From assembly GCA_000320545.1 (NCBI GenBank), contig ADNK01000095.1:1-64000 (forward strand): a stretch of DNA of 64,000 bases, read 5' to 3'. This document shows positions 42,081 to 54,086 of the stretch, piece by piece; position 1 is the stretch's first letter; each line of letters starts with the position of its first letter. The DNA is from Bigelowiella natans CCMP2755. Lineage: Eukaryota > Protista > Cercozoa. The notes below the pieces were generated by a model that was not told the DNA's origin, did not search any database, and worked only from the letters and a program-made list of their open reading frames with translations. Position numbers and translations under genes: made by a program.

Positions 42081-43588
42081 GCAAACAGAAATATTGATGT
42101 TAAGGTACGGCGAGAGCCTAGAGCTTTATTTTGCTCCGAAGATAGCTTTGGGAGCCATTTGGAGGTCTATCCAAGGAGTAATGGCGACGTGTACGTGTGT
42201 GGGTAAGTATGCACAAATAGAAGGACCCAGAAACAAATAAAAAAACAAAACGAAAAACGCAATCGGAATTTATAATCATTTTAATATCAAGATTCCTCTT
42301 CAAAATGATAATTTGTATTATACTAACAAGGACTACTATGGATACTCTACTACGTTCAAGTTCCACTTACTAAGATTTTCTTTTGAATGCTAACTCATCG
42401 ATTACTCTTTGAAAAAACAACGACAAGTAACTGGATCTTCGTTCGACTTAAAAGGTGTGGTGGGTCAAGATACATCTCTGAGGAAGATCTTCGAAAGGAG
42501 GATATGCTCAAACCAGGAGAGGTAGTACGGAATGATCGATAGATTAAGGTTATTCTTAATGCAATTTTAAAAAACTAGTGGGGAATAATTGAAGTGAACA
42601 AAGAGTGATAATTTATGGCAGCAGCAGCAGCAGGAACACTTTTAAGATGATTTTTATTCATGTTAGTAGGGTATGTTAATTGATTACCACATAGAAGGAA
42701 CCGTACAAAAGATGATCCCTCGCTCTCTTTATTTTTTTCAATTGTAAATCGTAGGAAAAGGCTGATATGAATCGTATATCGATGGCGGACAAGAGTTTCA
42801 AAATGCTAGCTCCTAAGATTGCAATGGTGGTGGTTTAGTGGAGTAGTAGTAGTAGTATGCTTAATCATCAGTTGTTGCTGTACAATTTTGCTACTACTAC
42901 AATTTATAGGTGTACAATTAGTTAATCTACTGTAATAGAAGAAATTACTTTTTCGTCGTCATTGTCGTCGTCGTCATTGTCGTCGTCGTCGTAGTCGTGT
43001 CGTCTCATTGCACGTTATCGCATAACAGGACCGCAATCCAGATGTGATACAAGCGTGCATGAGACCCTGTCCTCCTGATGCGTTGCCACTTATTGGAAAG
43101 CTCCCAGTACATAATTAGAGTTTTGCTCATGGTTTCTTATTATTCAAATGAACTGAGAATCAATTAATTGTGTTTGTTGTAATAACAAATTTGTGCATTT
43201 ATTCTTCTTCTCATCTTTTCCTTCTTGTTCCATTATTTTTACAACTTTCAGTACATACATATCATCCTGTGTAAAGAACAACAAGAACAAAATTTACAGA
43301 TATCTCATCGTTGAAATGTATATATGAATCCTGAGTTGAATATTGTTGTTGCATTGATAATTGAATTATTCGCCCCGAACTATAGGAAATTACAATTTTT
43401 ATCGTTCAACCAGTTCTGCTCACACTTCAGAATTTTCCTTTCTCGTCGTCATCGTAGTCCTTGTAAATCCTTGATAATACTATTGCTGCTGCTGTGTTAT
43501 ACTTAGGCTTGTGAAAACATATATATTGCAGCTGGTCATAATTGCTGGGGAATCTTATGGGGACCAGTAAGATGATCATAGTGTAGAT

Positions 43589-43624
<36 letters not shown>

Positions 43625-43917
43625 ACAGAAAATTGGTAGAAGTGAGGATGACAAACTACTGCACTATTATTATCAGAAAATGATATCATACGTTATTATT
43701 ACATCTTCCTTCATACCAAATATTCAAAATCTTTATGTTGGAGTTCCTATGTAATATTAAGCATATAGTCCAATGATGGTTATGAAATAATAAGGTTACG
43801 GGGAAGATAATGAGTGAATTGATACTGGATGGAGAAACTTCAATAAATCTTCAAGCGTTTGACCCTGCCCGTTTTGGTGGAAGAGAGACTGTCAAAACAA
43901 AAGGTGTGCGCAGATGA
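37543..43917 (+). CDS. FAD-dependent oxidoreductase, DAO family (TDA3-like), with bipartite signal + transit-like leader, ~19 exons
   Basis: HIVVIGA|GIVGCSTAYHL (GxGxxG), AASGKAGGFLARNW, TAQ|VTP, VVVAMGPWS, EVYPRSNGDVYVCG, QACMRPCPPDALPLIG, AAGHNCWGILWGP|VTGKIMSELILDG...FDPARF. An upstream in-frame ATG at 37495 is possible. Confidence 0.9.
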
Positions 43918-45122
43918 TTTCATCGGGAAAATGCTGCCTGAAATAGACACTAGATCATTGCTTCAGTTTTATCTTCTATATTAGCTTATTCTATACTATC
44001 ATTACCAAACGAAATTTTTATAATATTTTATTTATATGATGCAGCCAAACGTGGACGGCACCAAGGAGGGAAATCTGTAGGAGAGCAGTGGTAATGATGA
44101 CGATCGACATACCAGACATCAATTATTGTAATAAACGCAAGTAGTACGTGGCAAATGAGTGTAGTCAGCTTGAGCATCAACGTACTTAGAAGGTGCCTAG
44201 TTTCATTATCTACATATAAAAAGTCGTCTCGAAACTGGAATTGACAATTTTTCACAAGCTGTGTCTAGCGCCGGGCGCCACCGTTCTTTGCACCCCTGTG
44301 ACAATTGACGTCATGGATTGCATCAATCAGTTGCACATCGCGTGTAGTCGTCAGCGTAGCCATCGATCACGCAGCCACCGTAGCAAGTGTACGTGCGTGT
44401 TTATTTGATGCGTGTACGATACATGTAGCATGCATGTGCTTGTTGTTTGCGATTAGCAGCATCGCATGTAATCATTGTACGTACGTCGGCTCTATCTGTG
44501 GAAATTCATGTGATGATTGATGTGATGTACATGTGCATATGCATGTGCATTGTATACATGCATGTTGCATGGCTACATTAGGATGACAATTTTAAAGTAA
44601 GATTTGCACATTTTGATTATTATATATCCGTCTCACATGTATGAAGCACCGTATTTTCTTATTGACAACATGTGTAATGAGATGTGCACTACATATATAT
44701 ACTTGATTCTTGTAACTGCAAACGGCAATATAAACGGTACAATTGTCGGTAACAGGTGCGCGTACGCGCGCGTATGCATTCTGCGGCATGGGAAAAATAA
44801 ATAGTGCTTTTTACGCAATCGATCATGCGGCCCCTGTCCGAGCCGACGTACATCCGATGATGTATGTACGATGCAATATCATCATGCACATGTAGGTACG
44901 CACTGAGACTGTATGAATGCTGATATTTGCACGCACTCTGACTAGTATAAAGCGGTACTCATTATTCATAATAAATATGCGTCATCGATGGCCATGTGCG
45001 TTGCCACGCTAATATCCTAGCTCCAAGCGATCGAATCACAATAATCACATAAGGTGAACATCACATGAATCGAAAGCATTGACGTTTCTTATTCGACATG
45101 ACATATAGAAGAATTTGCAGCA

Positions 45123-47404
45123 TCACAAATAATCATGGAAAGGAGAATTCGGTGGGTTTCCTTCTGCAGGATGAAAGTTCCTATGGATATTGATCTTCTC
45201 CCACTCATATCTCGTACCTGATCAACAGAAAAACACGAATTAATTGAATTCTTATGGTCTCCTTAATCTAAACAACTGTATAATATGATACCAATTAAGC
45301 CTGTTCCTCCAGGAATGTGTGTTTGATCCTGCACATTCTGCTCAATGCGCGCCACACCCTTACTTGTTCCGCAAATGTTCGATTGCTCGATCTAAATATG
45401 GCATTCCGTCTCATGTTAGCATAGAACTGATTGTGATCTTAATTGATCATATTTTTGGGTATGCAAAGAGTATACGATGCGGATGAATCATCCTTACCAG
45501 ACAGATATGCACGACGTAAAAATTGTCAATAGAATATCCTGGATCAACGTGCACACGGTCCCAGCGAAATGTGCCACCATTTATGCCACTGTTTATGACC
45601 TAAAATGTGAGCAAAACGTTTTATTCTACTATTTACTATTGTATCGAGATAGACGAAAATAATAAGGCCAATAATAATAGGTATAGTAGTCCAACTCCCC
45701 TCTCCCCTTCTCGATAATTAGATAGTTGTCAACAACTCAACCGACCGGATGATTCGCGACAATCGTTTTCACATAGTGCCTAGGATGATAATGATCGCGG
45801 TACAACTCGATCTTGACGTGAAATGAGCTTGGTACATTTTCAACGTGCCAACTGATAATTATCATTATATTAAATACAATAATCAGTGGCGAGAACAGCA
45901 ACTACTTCTTGGTCTACGAATATGATCCTAGAGAAAGTACAACATCCATACAATACGTTTTTACTTAGTTAGTCGTCGTAACAACATCCACACAATACGC
46001 ATTTATTCAGTTAGTATCAACTTGAGAACGATGCTTCTATTAATAGTCCACTTTTCAACACTTGTAGGAGTATCGACGAATACCTTATGAATCGAGAAAT
46101 CATAACATTGAGCTCAAGTTCATAAACACTTACATATGAATCTTCTTAAGTGCATCATAAGACGATATTGAGGCTAGGATTTTGAAGACAAATGGATGAA
46201 TTATTCAAACTGTATCGCTTTATTCTCCGTAATAATTCAAAAAGCAAGTCGTGCTACTATGCAGTGTATATGTAGTACCAAAGGACCGTATCCCGTAACG
46301 TTACTCTTAGGCAATTTCGACCAAACAACTGAGGAGAAAATGTAGCTTTCAGTCGCCCTATCAATGGAAATTGTCGACTAGGACTGAGCAAAGAATCTTC
46401 ATGTTTACCTTTGCCTGCATTTGTAACGGTTTGTGTCCAAAAGTGACCATCTACGTCAGGCTCGTGGTATACAGGGGATGGGATGAAAGTCTGTGATCAT
46501 AGGAAAAAGAAGGCATAGTTGCATTAATAGCTTCAGAAGGACGAGTAATTAACAGAATACATAATTACACTAACAGATTTCAGGAGGAGTAATTAACAGA
46601 AGACGATACATAGAAAGCATATCGAGTTTTTGCACAAAGTTTCAATTTTCTGTTTCAAATTTCTTAACACCAAAAACAGAGATGGCATTGAAGAACCGAT
46701 CGATGTAATATGACAATAGTGTGTGCTAAGCATTTGGTAGCTACTACTACTCACAGGGGAGGCGGAGGGTGCGGCAGTGGTGGGTCCAATCGTGTTAGGT
46801 GTCTCCGTTGGATTTGAGGTCGTTGGTGAATCAGATGGCTGAAGAGTGGGAATGCCTAAAAGATGATAACAAACAATTGAGAAGCAGAAAGCTCGACGAT
46901 AATCATCTCCGAAGTTACTATCAACTCTCTGTTCAAGTATGAAAGGAGAATTAAGTACCTGTTGTTGGTCCACAAGTGGAAGGGCTGCAAGTTGTTGGAG
47001 AATTGGTGGGATTCTTGGTAGTTGGATTACGGGTTGGAGTTAAAGTATGGGTTGGGGCCGCCGTTTGAGTAGGAGCGATTGTGACTGGTGTATGTGCTGA
47101 AATATGTATTGTATGAGTGTAAAAATAATAAACAATAATCAATTTTGGAATTCTTTATCTAAAAACAAGGTTGACGGTATACGATAGATAATAATTCGTT
47201 AATAATTCGTTGAGTGGTCTAACTTGGCACTCTTGTATACGTAGGATGGGAAGTAGCTTGAGCGACTGTAGGTGAAGCAGAGCCCACAGGAGGAGCGCCA
47301 GCTGTCGGTGATTGTGAAGGTGCTGTTGTAGTACTAGAGGCCATCAAAAAGGCTTGTACAATGCTAATTAGCCGTATATCCATCGTAGTAAATTTGCCCA
47401 TCAT
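45123..47404 (-). CDS. Secreted/surface protein: Pro/Thr/Ser-rich stalk followed by a probable Ig-like beta-sandwich domain
   Basis: Exons carry APSQSPT, NPTTKNPTNSPT and PSDSPTTSNPT repeats, then VFVDTPTSVEKWTINRSIVLN|WHVENVPSSFHVKIELYR...|...GTFRW...FYVVHICL...HDYL*. Some internal junctions are uncertain. Confidence 0.6.
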
Positions 47405-47642
47405 GACGGATGGGGCAATAAACGTGGTGTGCGGCTAGGCAGCTGTAGGGTGGGGAGGGAGAAATGGTTTCCAGTTTCCGAGTTCTGTGCCAATAAAAGA
47501 ACATAAATGCGACAACAAATTATTATTGACGCTACTTGTAATTCTCAAGATTTATCCTGATATTCTGATTGTATGCCGTTTGTAACGTCGAAGTCCAAGT
47601 TTCAGGAGGGCGAAAAATTAAATAAAAAGAAAAAGAAGATTC

Positions 47643-47724
47643 TAACCACGGAGAGGTTCGAACTCTCGCCTCCGAAGAGACACGAACCTGAATCGTGCGC
47701 CTTAGACCACTCGGCCACGTGGTC
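47643..47724 (-). tRNA. tRNA-Leu(CAG)
   Basis: GACCACG acceptor stem, D-loop TGGCCGAGTGGTCTAAGGC, anticodon arm CACGA-TTCAGGT-TCGTG, long variable arm TCTCTTCGGAGG, GTTCGAA T-loop, discriminator A, and a downstream T-tract. Confidence 0.95.
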
Positions 47725-48008
47725 AAAAGTGTGTTTATAATTTAAAAAGGTGAAATATTGTAACTTATTATTTGATATATTTATTGTCGTAATGGTTACT
47801 ACCTTGATTGTTGTTGCCATAGTTGTTGCCAGCCAACTGTGAAGTCGATCATAATAGGGTCCCTAATATACCATAATTCATCTGATAAGAACATCTCCTT
47901 CACGAGGAGGAAGGAGGAAGAGGAGGAGGAAAAGGAGCTGCTTGCCCACAGCCTACAACAAGGAAAGAAAAGGAGAACTGGAACGGGAGCCTCTTCTACA
48001 GTGTCCCC

Positions 48009-48122
48009 ATGTTTGTTCGTTGCGGCGTTGTCATCGTTGGGTTAATGGGATTCGCAAAGCTCTTGCATTCACAGCGGCGGCGTACGTCAGAAGGTTCTCA
48101 GGTTAGACCTACTATTATCGTG

Positions 48123-48162
<40 letters not shown>

Positions 48163-48730
48163 GGGACTGAAGATTAAGGAATTTTGTAATTAAAGGGAAC
48201 GAAAGTAAAGGAAAGTTTGGTTGTAGTGGTAGGATCTACAAATCCCTGCAAGGTAGTAGTAATGGGTAGAGGCTGCTGGTAACATGGCTGCGTGTAGTGA
48301 TTTAGCAGCAGCAACAACAACAACAACAGCAATAGTTCCTAGTAGTATTACCAGCATGTACTAGCAATAAGATAGTACTATCGTAAGTAATACCAGTGAC
48401 CATAAAGGAGCTTTAAACAGTCTGGGGGTACAGTTGATTTTGTAGTTAGGTTGGGAGGTCGTATCCACGCTTTTCGCCATTTTAAACGATTTAATGGGGT
48501 CACGTAACTTTGAACGACAGGATTTCTTAGCTTTGTCATATCTTCTTAATCATTGCACCCAGATAAAAGCATGCGAACGAGCATTTAAAGCATGTTTCCC
48601 CTCGGTAAATGCTATCCGTTTGATACCTGTTAAAGCTAAAAGTGGTGTCAGCGATCAGGTGCTTTAATTTATCTGTTCTTCATACTAACTAATCTTGATG
48701 CCAAGATGTATAAATTATAATGGGGACAGC

Positions 48731-48769
<39 letters not shown>

Positions 48770-49701
48770 CATATATAATATCAGTTTCTAAGTTAAGAGA
48801 AGATAGACTATGTGACCGAAAATTCAGAGTTCAGTATTTGAACACTTCTCTCTCAGCCGATGACAGATGAGGAGACTCTCAAAGGGGCCAAAAATCGGGT
48901 GCGTCATTTCCCCCTCATTATTCAAGAGAGTCAAGCAATTTAATTAAGACTTCAGTCATTGACGAAAAGGATCTAATATTAAGACATTCTACTCATTCAT
49001 CTTTGCTGAAAACTAGAGGCATCGTGGTTGAATATTCTAATTCTCATTATTCTTCTATATGTTAGGCAAAAAACGCTCTGCAAGCTATAAGAAGTATTAA
49101 TATTTCAAAATACTAACACGGAATAGTTCACAGAGTTACAAACAAAGACTGGCCAGCTTTCGCAATTTAACGCACAGAATGACAATTACAGAGGAAACGA
49201 AGGAAGACAGCTTAATTGATTTCAGCGTTGGTCTGGAGGGAGGACTGAATCTAGGGTACTATGAAGTTATTAGTAGTAGCACCTTTGAGATCGATCTATA
49301 TGGACCATAACAACATTACTGCTTCCACCGATGATGGTGATGATGATGATGATGAGGATGAGGATGATGATGATGATGATAATAATGATGGTGGTGATGG
49401 TGGTGGTGTCCTTCAAAACTAGAAGAAGAAGAAGAAGAAGAAGAAGAAGAAGAAGAAGAGGGGGGTGGGCATGGGTCGTGCTCAACTCATCATCTCTTCC
49501 TCTCCTTCTCTGTAGTGAAGATGGTGATAGTCTTGTGTGTCATGCTTGGATGTGCGTCTTGTGCGCAAAAACAGGCAAGGTAATGAATGCTGCTACGATA
49601 TCATCGTGTGAGTAGTGAGCTTGTCTCTTCGTGTCTTATTCTTCTTTTGCATGCAGCACTCACACAGGTGGTGGATGGGGGCTGAACGCAAAGAGATGGA
49701 G

Positions 49702-49743
<42 letters not shown>

Positions 49744-49811
49744 TAACGGCTAATGCATACCTTGTTCTATATCCTATGATTAATCTTCATCTCAAACAAA
49801 GAAATGATTTG

Positions 49812-49852
<41 letters not shown>

Positions 49853-50749
49853 GTGGTACGCATTCACGTCATAATGCAGGCAAGCGTTGCGCGTACAGCA
49901 TCCTTCATGATTCCCCCACAGGTGAGGAGGAGGAGGAAATAATTTATATTGAGGGGGGGAAATTCTTTCCGTACAATTGAAATAAATTTTTGTTCAAGAT
50001 AAAAGTGGGTAGCAGCTACAAAGTTTTCGGGAAGGGAGAAGCTAACAGAATGATGATGATGATGGGTCTCCACCTTGGGAAAAGACTGTAGTAGATACTA
50101 TGATACACAAGCAGTGAATGTGTGCAGCATGCACATCTTCGAAGGTGTATCATGGCAATGGTAATGATGGATATTATTAGGTTACAGACCTGATAAGAAA
50201 CAAGAACATGGAATTAGGTAATAGTGGTGGTAGTTGTAGTAGTAGCATTTATTCCCCTACGTCTCACCTATGCGATGTTCATCGGGTTGACGTTGATCGA
50301 GGATAATGATAATGATGAGGATGATAGTGATACATGATGATTTGGTGTTTTACAAAAGGTGAGGCAGATGATGTTGTATTTAAAAGAACAAACTCTGGAC
50401 AGGGAAGTGGCACGGTAGTTGTAGTTTTTTTTAGGGTGAGGGAGAGCGCATTTTTTGTTGATGTTAGGGAACGCCACTAGTGGTTTCATTCTAGTACGAT
50501 GGTAAATCTTTGCACATTTAAATCTACCCTCGACCCTATTTTTTCTCGTTTCTTAATACGTAGCATGATTTGTCCTCAAATACTTTATCGTTTCTTAATA
50601 CGTAGTCTGATTTGTCCTCAAATACTTGATGTATTTCTTTTCTTCATCAGGTTGGAATTCTTACTCACAACCTGATAGACAGATGCGAATACTATCGACA
50701 TGCACTCATAATGGCTCTGATTCCGTACATAAATCTAGATCTTTATTGA
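48009..50749 (+). CDS. yjjX: Non-canonical purine NTP phosphatase (inosine/xanthosine triphosphatase, YjjX/NTPase_I-T family)
   Basis: VVVGSTNPCK|IKACERAF...SGVSDQ|PMTDEETLKGAKNR|A...DFSVGLEGG...AWMCV...|ARTASFMIPPQ|V...MELG|EADDVVF...G|VGILTHNLIDRCEYYRHALIMALIP. The start codon is approximate. Confidence 0.9.
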
Positions 50750-52114
50750 CAGTGCGACAATGGTTATCGACCATCATAGCAAATATTGCGCGCCTTATAG
50801 CACATACTACGTTGCGACAACGTGATGCCGTTTTAAAATTTTGCAACGTTTCACAAATAATAAGTACAGCAAAAATTTATTTTGGGCATGGTTTCAATGT
50901 TGCGTGAGCTGGATTTTTAAAAGTGATAGATGTTTGCAATGCATCGCAATTGCACAAGACAGTGGCGATGAATCTTAGCCTTGCGTGCTAGCTGGCAGTG
51001 AGGATGCAACACAAGAATGTGTGCTGCCGTGGACAAATGAAAGCATGCAGTGTTTACAGTTGATCCCCTTCTTGTCACGGTGATGGGATTGCATGTAATT
51101 GCGCTTTTAGCAGACACTTACTAGATGTCTCAGCGAGAACTTGCTGGCGCGGGAGTGGCAAATATGAGATCCTCGACGATGTACAAATTTGTGCATGTGT
51201 AATTTCAAAATCCCTTTTCTTTACTTACTCTCTCCCGCCTAAAGTTTCATGGTCTGCTCAGTTGCCGCAGATGCGATGGTCGACCAACCGAGCTAGCAAA
51301 CGGATCCAAGCATCCACCGGTGCCTAGATGCACTCGATGCAATGAAGATGGATTTGGACGGAGGTAGCGAAGCTGCGAATGTTTTGACTACATGATGGCA
51401 GAGATCATTGAAAGAATTTCCGAATAATTGGGTTCTGAGGGCACTTCTGATGATGCAAATTTGAATCCCAGCTAGTTGTGATCGTTGCACCCAACAGCTG
51501 CGGCCAGGTGACAAGAGTCTCCACCCAAGAATTGAATTTCGAACAATTGAGCCAAATTTGTATTGCACTCAATCAAAGCCAATCAATTTTCATGGCTGCC
51601 TATGCAGTATCGAGTTCCGTAGAGGATGAAGTGAATCGTAGCGCAGACGAGCCAATGACGACGACATGACGACTTCAGACAGGAACCGAGGAGAGAGAAT
51701 TGGATTTCCATCTTGACTGCAACTCAGCTTCCTTTCACCTTCCATTGCAAGCACCAGCACCTGAATGACACACGGGATAGAACACCTTGCTGCTGCGATA
51801 AAATCGATCAGCACCCAATCGTCGTCGTCGTCGTCGTCGTCGGTCGGTGCAAGCACATTGTGTAGGTAGGTAGGTGCCTTGGTGTTCCTGATGCTGAAGG
51901 AAGGATGCAAATACTGAAGACTGTGTTCCAACTTACTAGGCTAAACTTTGATTGCGACAAGAACGATTCCATGTCGCAGCAACTCTGTATCACTCAGTAG
52001 TATGCTAAATCCTGGTTGCGACACGGACAATTCCGTGTCGCAGGAACTCTGAATCAGTCGCTCATCGGTGTACGATTCACTTCCATATTTCATTGTACCT
52101 GCTTCGAAGTTGGA

Positions 52115-53303
52115 ATGCCCCCAACCTTCTTCCTTCGGCTTGCCCTTTTGTTTTCCGGTATTACCATCAGCCTTTCAGTCCGCACTGTTGCACAAGGTGT
52201 AATCTCGAGAGGGCTTTCACGTTCAGATGCTATGGCTAAAGGTGTTTGAAAACTGATTTCTGTACACCATGTGAGTGAGAGTTCACAAACATTTTTGACG
52301 TTCAGAGCCTAAGGTTTTTGTTCAGAGTCCTGTTCGTACCGGCTGCAGCAAAACGCGGTTACATAATTTAAGATTCCAAAATTTGCGAAGCCGAGCAGTT
52401 GGAAAAATCGAAAATGCAGACCTCATTTTCATCGATCTTGACACTCATCAGCAGCGTTTGTGGCCTGGATATGCTGGGAATGGCCCGAAGCTGACATCCC
52501 TTTCACAAACGCAAAAGTGTGAACTTGATGAGGAGGAAGCATCTATACAAATAATTTATGATACAATAGTTGATACCATGAAGAGTTACCAACTATCAAA
52601 AAATCAGAAATTCGTAGTCTTCTACAGTGTTCGTTCTTCCTTCTCTGTTGCTAAAGGACCAGATAGAAGAGAAGTCTACACATCTTTCTCGAAACTTCCC
52701 GTAATTTTTGTTGGCAACAGTGTTGTTAATGTGGATTCAGACGCCCGGCCTTCTCTTCAATTGTTGGACCCTATCCTCGATGCTATGAAGCTGGACATGC
52801 AGCCTCATCCTCGCATACAAAGAAATATTTTTGCTTCGTTCGTTGGAAGGGTTCATACAAACAAGCCTTTGCGTGGCGCATTAATGAACTTAAGATCTAA
52901 AACAGGCCAAAATCTTTATCTACAAGATGCGGACAAAACGCTTCAGGATAAGGAACGTGTGCTTAACTACAGAGACGTCCTACTGAACAGTGAGTTCATG
53001 TTGGCACCAAGAGGCGACAACCATTATTCCTTCAGGCCGTCAGAGGCTCTCGTCTACGGTGCAATTCCAGTGATTTATGACGATCGTGCCGCTATTCCCT
53101 ACGTGAACAGCACTTTTGACGCGCGATCTTGGGGTGTAATAATTCCCGAGGCCCAGGCAAAGGACACATTAGAGATATTGAGTAGAATATCTTCGAAAGA
53201 CAGACAAAGATACATAGAGGGGGGACAGAACGCGAGAAAATGTGCTGAGACTGTTGAAGGAAACGTCGATTGCATGCTCGCAGGATTGGCAATGTTCACT
53301 TGA
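52115..53303 (+). CDS. Exostosin-family glycosyltransferase (GT47), one probable intron ~52242-52305
   Basis: Signal/anchor MPPTFFLRLALLFSGITISLS, then PKVFVQ, ADLIFI, RNIFASFVG and YRDVLLNSEFMLAPRGDNHYSFRPSEALVYGAIPVIYDD...PY, which is the GT47 C-terminal signature. Confidence 0.85.
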
Positions 53304-53721
53304 TGACACGAGTTTCTTGGCTCACAAAGGTTATGAGGAAAGCAGCAAATGAGCGAACAAATCCTAGCAAGAAGACATGTGCATTTGTGCAGCGCTGCAC
53401 TCTGTGCTCGCGCCCTGTGCTCTGCGAAATCCTCAAGAATCTCATTCAATCTCCGAGTGAAGCCATGGGAGATGGGACAATGTCAACATGATGATGGTAG
53501 CGGACCGATCCGCTACCCAAACATGCCTAGATGCGCGTGTCGCCGAAACCAAAATGTGACTAAGTGGAACAAACAAGTTGCACAAACTTTGGCAAGTGCC
53601 CCTCATCATTCTCAGATGCACCTGGGAGTCACGCACGTGGTGTGAACGACACGCCCTCTTTTGTGCGATTTGGTGGAGTCCACATTGCGCGCACACACAC
53701 GATGGCAGGATTTCACAACGC

Positions 53722-54047
53722 TGTAGCGCGTACCACTACGCGGGCACAAGTCACGTGCGACAACAAAGGGGTTGTCGCGGATATAGAATATAGATAACGT
53801 AGATATTAATACAGCATAGGCACGTGGGTTCCGGCGGGACTCATGGCAGCACACCGGAAGTGTGCTGCCCCACGTGCGGCGGCATTCGCGAAAGCTTCGC
53901 GAATGATTACGCAGTGCACGATTTAATAAAAATATAATCTTTAATAAAAATAAACACAACTCTTCAAAAGGAAGCAAACGTGCCTTTCCCCCCCCCTGCC
54001 TACTTGTGCACGTAGCGCCTCGGCCTGTGAACACCTTACGCGCAACA
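53722..54047 (+). repeat. 5' LTR
   Basis: Starts tgtagcgcgta and ends tacgcgcaaca (10/11 terminal inverted repeat). AATAAA motifs at ~53924-53954. Confidence 0.95.
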
Positions 54048-54052
54048 ACCTT

Positions 54053-54070
54053 TGGCTTCCACACACGGGA
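54053..54070 (+). promoter_or_regulatory. Primer binding site, tRNA-Glu-like
   Basis: TGGCTTCCACACACGGGA lies 5 nt after the LTR. Its reverse complement TCCCGTGTGTGGAAGCCA ends in CCA and resembles eukaryotic tRNA-Glu 3' ends. The tRNA identity is inferred. Confidence 0.65.
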
Positions 54071-54086
54071 AACGATTTGACTAACA

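Larger units (their letters stand above)
1..50300. repeat. Dispersed intronic microsatellites ((TA)n, (CA)n, (GA)n, (CAT)n, (TAG)n, (CAG)n, (CAA)n, (GAG)n)
   Basis: Very many perfect di- and trinucleotide runs, mostly inside introns and sometimes inside exons (e.g. poly-Ser at 14431-14463). Confidence 0.95.

Noticed and set aside
1-50300. Dozens of short ORFs with poly-I, M, H, Y, S, C or V runs in the ORF track
   Set aside because: They are translations of intronic microsatellites. The real coding sequence is in short exons.
53496-53530. Helitron-like 3' end (hairpin ggtagcgga/tccgctacc followed by CTAG)
   Set aside because: CTAG is followed by A rather than T, no 5' end or Rep/helicase was seen, and CTAG is common in these islands.
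53860-53915. HDV-like ribozyme in the LTR (tgc-cccacgt-gcg resembles P3/L3)
   Set aside because: No separate P1 and P2 strands or P1.1 GG could be placed, and there is no hammerhead CUGANGA/GAAA core on either strand.
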